Shown here in pieces: positions 61,201-64,000 of a stretch of DNA of 64,000 nt (position 1 is its first letter; every line of letters starts with the position of its first letter). The translations under genes and the position numbers were made by a program. A model generated the notes under the pieces. It was not told the DNA's origin. It saw only the letters and a program-made list of their open reading frames with translations, and searched no databases. Origin of the DNA: Leucoraja erinacea (lineage: Eukaryota); contig NC_073413.1 in assembly GCF_028641065.1 (NCBI RefSeq), positions 10,044,001 to 10,108,000 of the forward strand, read 5' to 3'.

Positions 61201-62531
61201 TCTTGTCTCCGTCCCACTTTGTAAACCACCTTTGGCCGTAACTTAAGTGACCTCCTTAACTTCTGCACGAACTACAATCCATTTGCCTCGACAGAGCACT
61301 TTAAATAGAAGCTTGTAAATGCAATAAGGAAGTGAATGTAGTAAGTAACTTGGGAAATATATTTGTTGCAGTGAACTTTTTTGAACTGCATCTTAACATT
61401 GAGATTCACTATTGAATTTGAAAGTGTTAAGTAACATTCAGATGTTCAAACCATCTGCCTTTCCCTCCCTAGCCTTGGGGTCCAGCTATTGTTTTGTGTT
61501 CTCTTCTACCTGATGTTGCTCAATTGTTTTACAGCTGGAATCTGATTAGCATGTGTGACTGATTGCCACTATTGAGGGGGGAGATGAGAGCTTGTACACA
61601 GACCAGACTTGGTCCCAATATGAAAGCTGATGCATCTGGGCTTTGTCCTTGGTGGCTGCACAGATTTCATAAGGTCGTAAGTGATAGCAGATTGGGCCAT
61701 TCGCCCATCAAGTCTACCCCACCATTCAATCATGGCTGATCTATCTCTCCTAACCACATTCTCCTGCCTTCTCCCCACAACCCCTGACACCCGTACTAAT
61801 CAAGAATCTATCTATCTCTGCTGTAAAAATATCTATTGATTTGGCCTCCACAGCCTTCTGTAGCAAAGAATTCCACAGATTCACCATCCTCAGACTATAG
61901 AAGTTCCTCCTCATCTCCTTCCTAAAGGAATGTCCTTTGATTCCGAGCCTATGACCTATACGAGACGATAGAACTTCATTCATCCCTGGAGGTGAATTCG
62001 TAACATTGGTCTAGGACTTTCCCACTAATCAATAAACAATAGGTGCAGGAGAAGGCCATTCGGCCCTTCGTGCCAGCACCGCCATTCAATGTGATCATGG
62101 CTGATCATCTCCAATCAGTACCCTGTTCCTGCCTTCTCCCCATATCCCCTGACTCTGCTATTTTTAAGAGCCCTATCTAGCTCTCTCTTGAAACCATCCA
62201 GAGAGCCGGCCTCCACCGCTCTCTGAGAGTGAGAGTCACCATCCTCTTCACATCCACTCTAGCCGAGCCTTTCACTATTTGGTAAGTTTCAATGAGGTTT
62301 CCACTGCAAATGCCTGTGGGTTTAACTTTTCAGCTGGATTTATTTTGGGTCCTTGTTTTACGTTTGGGTACTGAAAGCATTTTCAACTTTAGCGGCTCTT
62401 GTGTTTTTAAGCAGAAGGACGACAATTACATGAGCCCATTTGGAGCAAGTGCAGAGGACCAGCTCGTTCACCCATTTGGAGCTGCCCTCCAGGATTTGAT
62501 ATCATTCAGCCCCAGCGGAATCCCGCAATGA
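33091..62531 (+). CDS. DLGAP5: Disks large-associated protein 5 (HURP), spliced gene, 17 coding exons, ~793 aa
   Basis: Exon translations match recalled DLGAP5 motifs: [54 protein letters not shown], the GKAP-domain [66 protein letters not shown] and C-terminal DLISFSP. All junctions are GT-AG and phases chain from ATG 33091 to TGA 62529-62531. Confidence 0.93.
34761..34954 (+). CDS. DLGAP5: DLGAP5 coding exon 2
   Basis: Acceptor tttgtag; [36 protein letters not shown]; donor AAG|GTAAGG, phase 0. Confidence 0.93.
36701..36793 (+). CDS. DLGAP5: DLGAP5 coding exon 3
   Basis: Acceptor ttttttcag; [16 protein letters not shown] (like the RITRS/RMTRS motif); donor AAG|GTAAAG. Confidence 0.85.
38108..38237 (+). 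CDS. DLGAP5: DLGAP5 coding exon 4
   Basis: Acceptor cacacag; open frame [14 protein letters not shown]; donor AAG|GTAAGG; phase 0 to 1 fits its neighbours. Confidence 0.7.
40931..41025 (+). mobile_element. Penelope-derived short insert with hammerhead-like core
   Basis: CTGAAGAAGGGTTTCGGCCAGAAACGTTA; flanked by duplicated TGTATTCCATCTCT. Confidence 0.7.
41137..41201 (+). CDS. DLGAP5: DLGAP5 coding exon 5
   Basis: Acceptor tttttcag; [21 protein letters not shown]; donor G|GTGAGC; phase 1 to 0 bridges exons 4 and 6. Confidence 0.7.
42235..42485 (+). CDS. DLGAP5: DLGAP5 coding exon 6
   Basis: Acceptor gcatgcag; [41 protein letters not shown]; donor TT|GTAAGT, phase 2. Confidence 0.9.
43537..43658 (+). 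CDS. DLGAP5: DLGAP5 coding exon 7
   Basis: Acceptor ctctctgttcag; [24 protein letters not shown]..; donor G|GTATGC; phase 2 to 1 is required to join exons 6 and 8. Confidence 0.72.
44094..44279. mobile_element. hAT-type MITE, same family as 4046-4257
   Basis: TIR CAAGGGTTCCCA / TGGGAACCCTTG; TSD AGTTAAAG / GGTTAAAG; shared interior. Confidence 0.85.
44409..44502 (+). CDS. DLGAP5: DLGAP5 coding exon 8
   Basis: Acceptor ttttgcag; ends VHDVAYFR (start of GKAP domain); donor AG|GTCAGC. Confidence 0.85.
45234..45322 (+). CDS. DLGAP5: DLGAP5 coding exon 9
   Basis: Acceptor ccccgcag; [22 protein letters not shown]; donor G|GTAAGA. Confidence 0.9.
46726..46886 (+). CDS. DLGAP5: DLGAP5 coding exon 10 (GKAP domain core)
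   Basis: [53 protein letters not shown]; AG/GT boundaries. Confidence 0.95.
47588..48150 (+). mobile_element. CR1-clade LINE 3' fragment (intronic)
   Basis: [36 protein letters not shown]. Confidence 0.88.
48384..48473 (+). CDS. DLGAP5: DLGAP5 coding exon 11
   Basis: Acceptor ctccctag; [21 protein letters not shown]; donor AAG|GTAAAG. Confidence 0.92.
48822..49023 (+). CDS. DLGAP5: DLGAP5 coding exon 12
   Basis: [35 protein letters not shown]; donor G|GTAAGA. Confidence 0.93.
49854..50058 (+). CDS. DLGAP5: DLGAP5 coding exon 13
   Basis: Acceptor aaccag; TPKACPP..MDGE; donor GG|GTGAGT; phase 1 to 2. Confidence 0.78.
51658..51700 (+). CDS. DLGAP5: DLGAP5 coding exon 14 (43 nt)
   Basis: Acceptor ttctatttag; [14 protein letters not shown]; donor CAG|GTAAGA; phase 2 to 0 links exons 13 and 15. 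Confidence 0.68.
52618..53135 (-). mobile_element. L2-clade LINE 3' fragment
   Basis: [52 protein letters not shown]; tail AAAGCACTTTG..TGCTATAGAAATAAAA. Confidence 0.88.
53259..53508 (+). CDS. DLGAP5: DLGAP5 coding exon 15
   Basis: Acceptor ttccccag; [22 protein letters not shown]; donor CAG|GTACAC, phase 1. Confidence 0.8.
53720..54931 (+). CDS. DIRS ORF1, gag-like protein, 403 aa
   Basis: First ATG after the left ITR; [21 protein letters not shown] resembles DIRS gag; positional assignment. Confidence 0.8.
   Translation: MASRKRPARRTACPTPPEDGSIAGRQPLAAEELFQRSRSPDTEPPPVLQISTPRTGRKATQKTDWPVSSDDSEEREHSPPPKRGDARISCMRQLLERMINEEMRHLPGGRALASSSPHPSVPSIFEGSKGGQDWAGLSQGQAEDIVSMPGVPEEELLGVVGRYAAPPTTGMVLPPRMAATINWLSNNPLQDKAVQQALDNYIAPENCEALRVKTVNGQIWNQLGQHIRAQEVKMQRVLKLHSAAVTAFARSVGDEDLTIPQQDALALMCSTTYELNNLRRDNIRPALNPTYAGLCKAPAPERQALLFGADLAKRLKELEEAAKPVGLMRAGPGPSRAKTPSWPHASAATSRYRAGESLVTASHYPQCSFLERGPGRSRGKMRRPTAAPTRTTLGQTHRKRPHK
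54934..56868 (+). CDS. DIRS ORF2: reverse transcriptase, RNase H and DNA methyltransferase-like domain
   Basis: RT motifs [34 protein letters not shown]; RNase H TDAS..GWG, INFLEM, IDN, AD; MT-like [22 protein letters not shown]. The frame is open from 54817; first ATG is 54934. Confidence 0.93.
   Translation: MEVGGSGSCQHTQTKGVVLTGGRLRFFKHVWCSLTNNQFILNSISGYKIEFKPGVEPPVQHMPQRVFLPSAVEKVEGQAELDRLVAKGIIEMTTHEPQEFVSNIFLKTKKDGGCRIIIDLTSLNQSVEYQHFKMETFVTARQLISKGYYMASIDIKDAYYLVPIHKDYFKYLKFIWRGQLWQYRALPNGLTTAPRLFTKILKVAMKKLRELKHLVVAYLDDVLILGRTREQAVAGVLATKQLLETLGFILHPDKSILEPTTNMDYVGFTIDTIHMTVTLPRNKTVSLIEACSHLIATPQPRIRHVARVIGSIVAAFPAAQHGPLHYQNLQRARTHALRLHRGHYDRKMDLPAEAKSELQWWVDNIWHSHSPITVTNPNITIATDASALGWGATNSKDSTGGRWTNSEASLLQSLGINFLEMLAAFYGLKAYASGMRHVHVRIMIDNTTAVSYIQHMGGIKSVSCDKLTAIIWQWCVDRHIWLSAAYLPGKLNLVADTRSRKFNDNIEWMLDPKLFAKIIKQYGTPDIDLFASRLNHQLPMYVAWEPDPEAAAVDAFTLDWGNFFFYAFPPFCLISRVLQKIQADSASGILVVPDWPTQPWFPMFHDMVVETPMVLQHHPQLLTHPVTGISHPCHQKLKLLVSRF
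56829..57839 (+). CDS. DIRS ORF3: tyrosine recombinase
   Basis: N-terminal [13 protein letters not shown] helix; catalytic set SAQR, K, HSTR, AAGW, FQRFY; alternative Kozak ATG at 56916. Confidence 0.93.
   Translation: MPPKIETPGFQILNRPYRGLGLSDRTITTMSASLRVSTKKQYLTFIRKWEQYCLDAGTSYTTTSISDVLEFLAHLHHDLKMSYSAINTAWSALSAYLMPIEQHSVGSHPLVIRLLKGIFNTKPPTPRYTHMWDVSVVLTHLRGWPPVESLSLEQATYKTLMLMALVSAQRVHSLHQLNLNYMVTTPDTITFTMPGLVKQSRPGTSNSPLIFRAYPPEPRLCVVTHLHHYLDTTQTLRGREKALWVSHRKPFGRVTSQTLSRWLKQVLSMAGINTNVFKSHSTRAASTSAADRMQVPLDHILRAAGWSRESTFQRFYNKPLMEQDVFADTFLKTAKL
58003..58115. repeat. DIRS internal complementary region (ICR)
   Basis: 58003-58039 is the reverse complement of 53544-53580; 58036-58115 is the reverse complement of 58260-58339. 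Confidence 0.93.
59217..60403 (+). repeat. Local dispersed duplication (59217-59593 and 60048-60403)
   Basis: Both copies start CCCTCCCTTTAATATAATTTT, end GGATTGAAACTATTTTAACTATCTGACACA and contain a Penelope palindrome at the same site. Confidence 0.85.
60482..60585 (+). CDS. DLGAP5: DLGAP5 coding exon 16
   Basis: Acceptor tcctccccag; phase-1 start matches exon 15; donor ATG|GTAAGG. Confidence 0.75.
62415..62531 (+). CDS. DLGAP5: DLGAP5 last coding exon
   Basis: [23 protein letters not shown], matching the conserved C-terminal L(I)xFSP motif; NAGNAG acceptor makes the start uncertain by 3 nt. Confidence 0.82.
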   Translation, partial: KDDNYMSPFGASAEDQLVHPFGAALQDLISFSPSGIPQ

Positions 62532-63325
62532 AGTCGAGAGGGCCAGAGATGTTGCCATTCACTACTGGCCGTCAGGAGACCAGAAACATGTGTGGTGGAC
62601 TTGAAGGTTATCTTTTAAAACATTATGGACTTGTTGTAAACAGACTGGTGTTGCACTCGTGTTTAGTGGAGGAGAGTACACTGAAGACCAAAGCCAAATT
62701 TAGTATCGACTGAATCATGCAAGTCTTGTTACTCTTGAAGCCTCAGTCAACCACTGGTCTCAACCTAGTCGGTCAATGGGGTTTAACTTGCAGGCGTGCG
62801 TTCTGCCATTGGATAATAATATGCCACTATCCTGCAGCCATTCATTCATCATAGTCGTTGTTTGCCGTTCATTATTTTATGTTGTGTGGATCGTAAAAAG
62901 GAACTGGTGTGCTTAAGAAAAAGAATATTGATTTTATTATTTCCTGATCTGACCTGTCTATTTCCAGCTCTAAAGACTACTGCTGCACAAAAGGCCTATG
63001 ACTGCAGGATAGTGTGGATCGCAGTACTGAAGAGAGACACAAAATGCTGGAGTAACTCAGCGGGACAGGCCGCATCTCTGGTTAGAGGATCTAGAGGTTC
63101 TATCCAGAGATGCTGCCTGTCCCGCTGAGGTACTCCAGCATTTTGTGTCTTATCTTCGGTGTAAACCAGCATCTGCAGTTCCTTCCTACACATTGGGTCT
63201 CTGTACTGCTCTTGTGTGCGATATGGTCAGGGATGGACATACAAAAGCATTGGCTCCATGAACAAGTGGTCTTTCCATGTTGTCAAGGTTTTCAATTTGA
63301 ACTGTTGGATTAATAATACCTAAAC

Positions 63326-63462
63326 AATAAACCTCACTAACATGAATCTCCACTCACTAATTACAACGTTTGAAGATTTTTTTTTCAATTTAAAAAAGAA
63401 CAGTGTCATCTGAATTTGTAATTGCGTAACTATCTTGCTTTGTATGATATTGCTTAAATAAA
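63326..63462 (+). terminator. Candidate DLGAP5 polyadenylation signals
   Basis: AATAAA at 63326-63331 and 63457-63462, ~0.8-0.9 kb after the stop codon. Confidence 0.5.
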
Positions 63463-63679
63463 TGTTCAGACTTTCTCATAACTGTTTTAAGAACCACTTC
63501 AATTGATCATATGTGATACTATTGCAACCTTTCGCATTTCAAAACCTGTGCTTGTATTAGGCAAACAAACTGGACAGTTGGCAGGTCCTATTTCCTTTTT
63601 CCATGTGTTAAACTAACCAGCTTCACTCCTTGGGATCATATTTTCCCGAACCTTTCACCAAACTTGTTTATGTCCAGTC

Positions 63680-64000
63680 TGTCTATCTCTGCCTTCAATA
63701 TATCCACTGACGTGGCCTCCACAGCCTTCTGTGGCAAATAATTCCACAGATTCACCACCCTCTGACTAAAGAAATTCCTCCTCATCTTCCATAGGGAATG
63801 TCTTTTAATTCTGAGGCTATGACCTCTAGTCCTTGACCCTTCCACTAGTAGAAACATCCTCTCCTCATCCACTCTATCCAAACCTTTCACTAATCGGTAA
63901 ACTTCAATGAGGTCCCGCTCAGCCTTCTAAACTCCAGCAAGTACAGGCCCAGTGCCGTCAAATGCTCATCCTACGTTAACCCATTCATTCCTCGGATCAT
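63680..64000 (-). mobile_element. CR1-clade LINE fragment running off the window
   Basis: [32 protein letters not shown]. Confidence 0.82.

Overview
Vertebrate genomic DNA, most likely a cartilaginous fish (skate/ray type; inferred from the CR1/HER1-like LINEs, HE1/V-SINE-like SINEs and Penelope fragments). It has three N-gaps. The first ~32 kb is repeat-rich with no confidently identified gene. From 33091 to 62531 (+) lies a multi-exon DLGAP5/HURP gene: 17 phase-consistent GT-AG coding exons giving ~793 aa, behind a CCAAT-rich G2/M-type promoter and a 31/32-bp minisatellite. An apparently intact ~4.8-kb DIRS1-type tyrosine-recombinase retrotransposon (53544-58339) sits 35 bp downstream of coding exon 15. 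It has gag, RT-RNaseH-methyltransferase and YR ORFs, split ITRs and a perfect ICR. The most unusual observation is a ~140-bp SINE-like element in two copies (698-838 and 11189-11332) whose 5' end folds by hand into a minimal HDV/CPEB3-like self-cleaving ribozyme and whose 3' end is an (AAG)n tail with target-site duplications. Many Penelope-derived short elements carry hammerhead-like cores. All calls come from manual reading; repeat boundaries are approximate.
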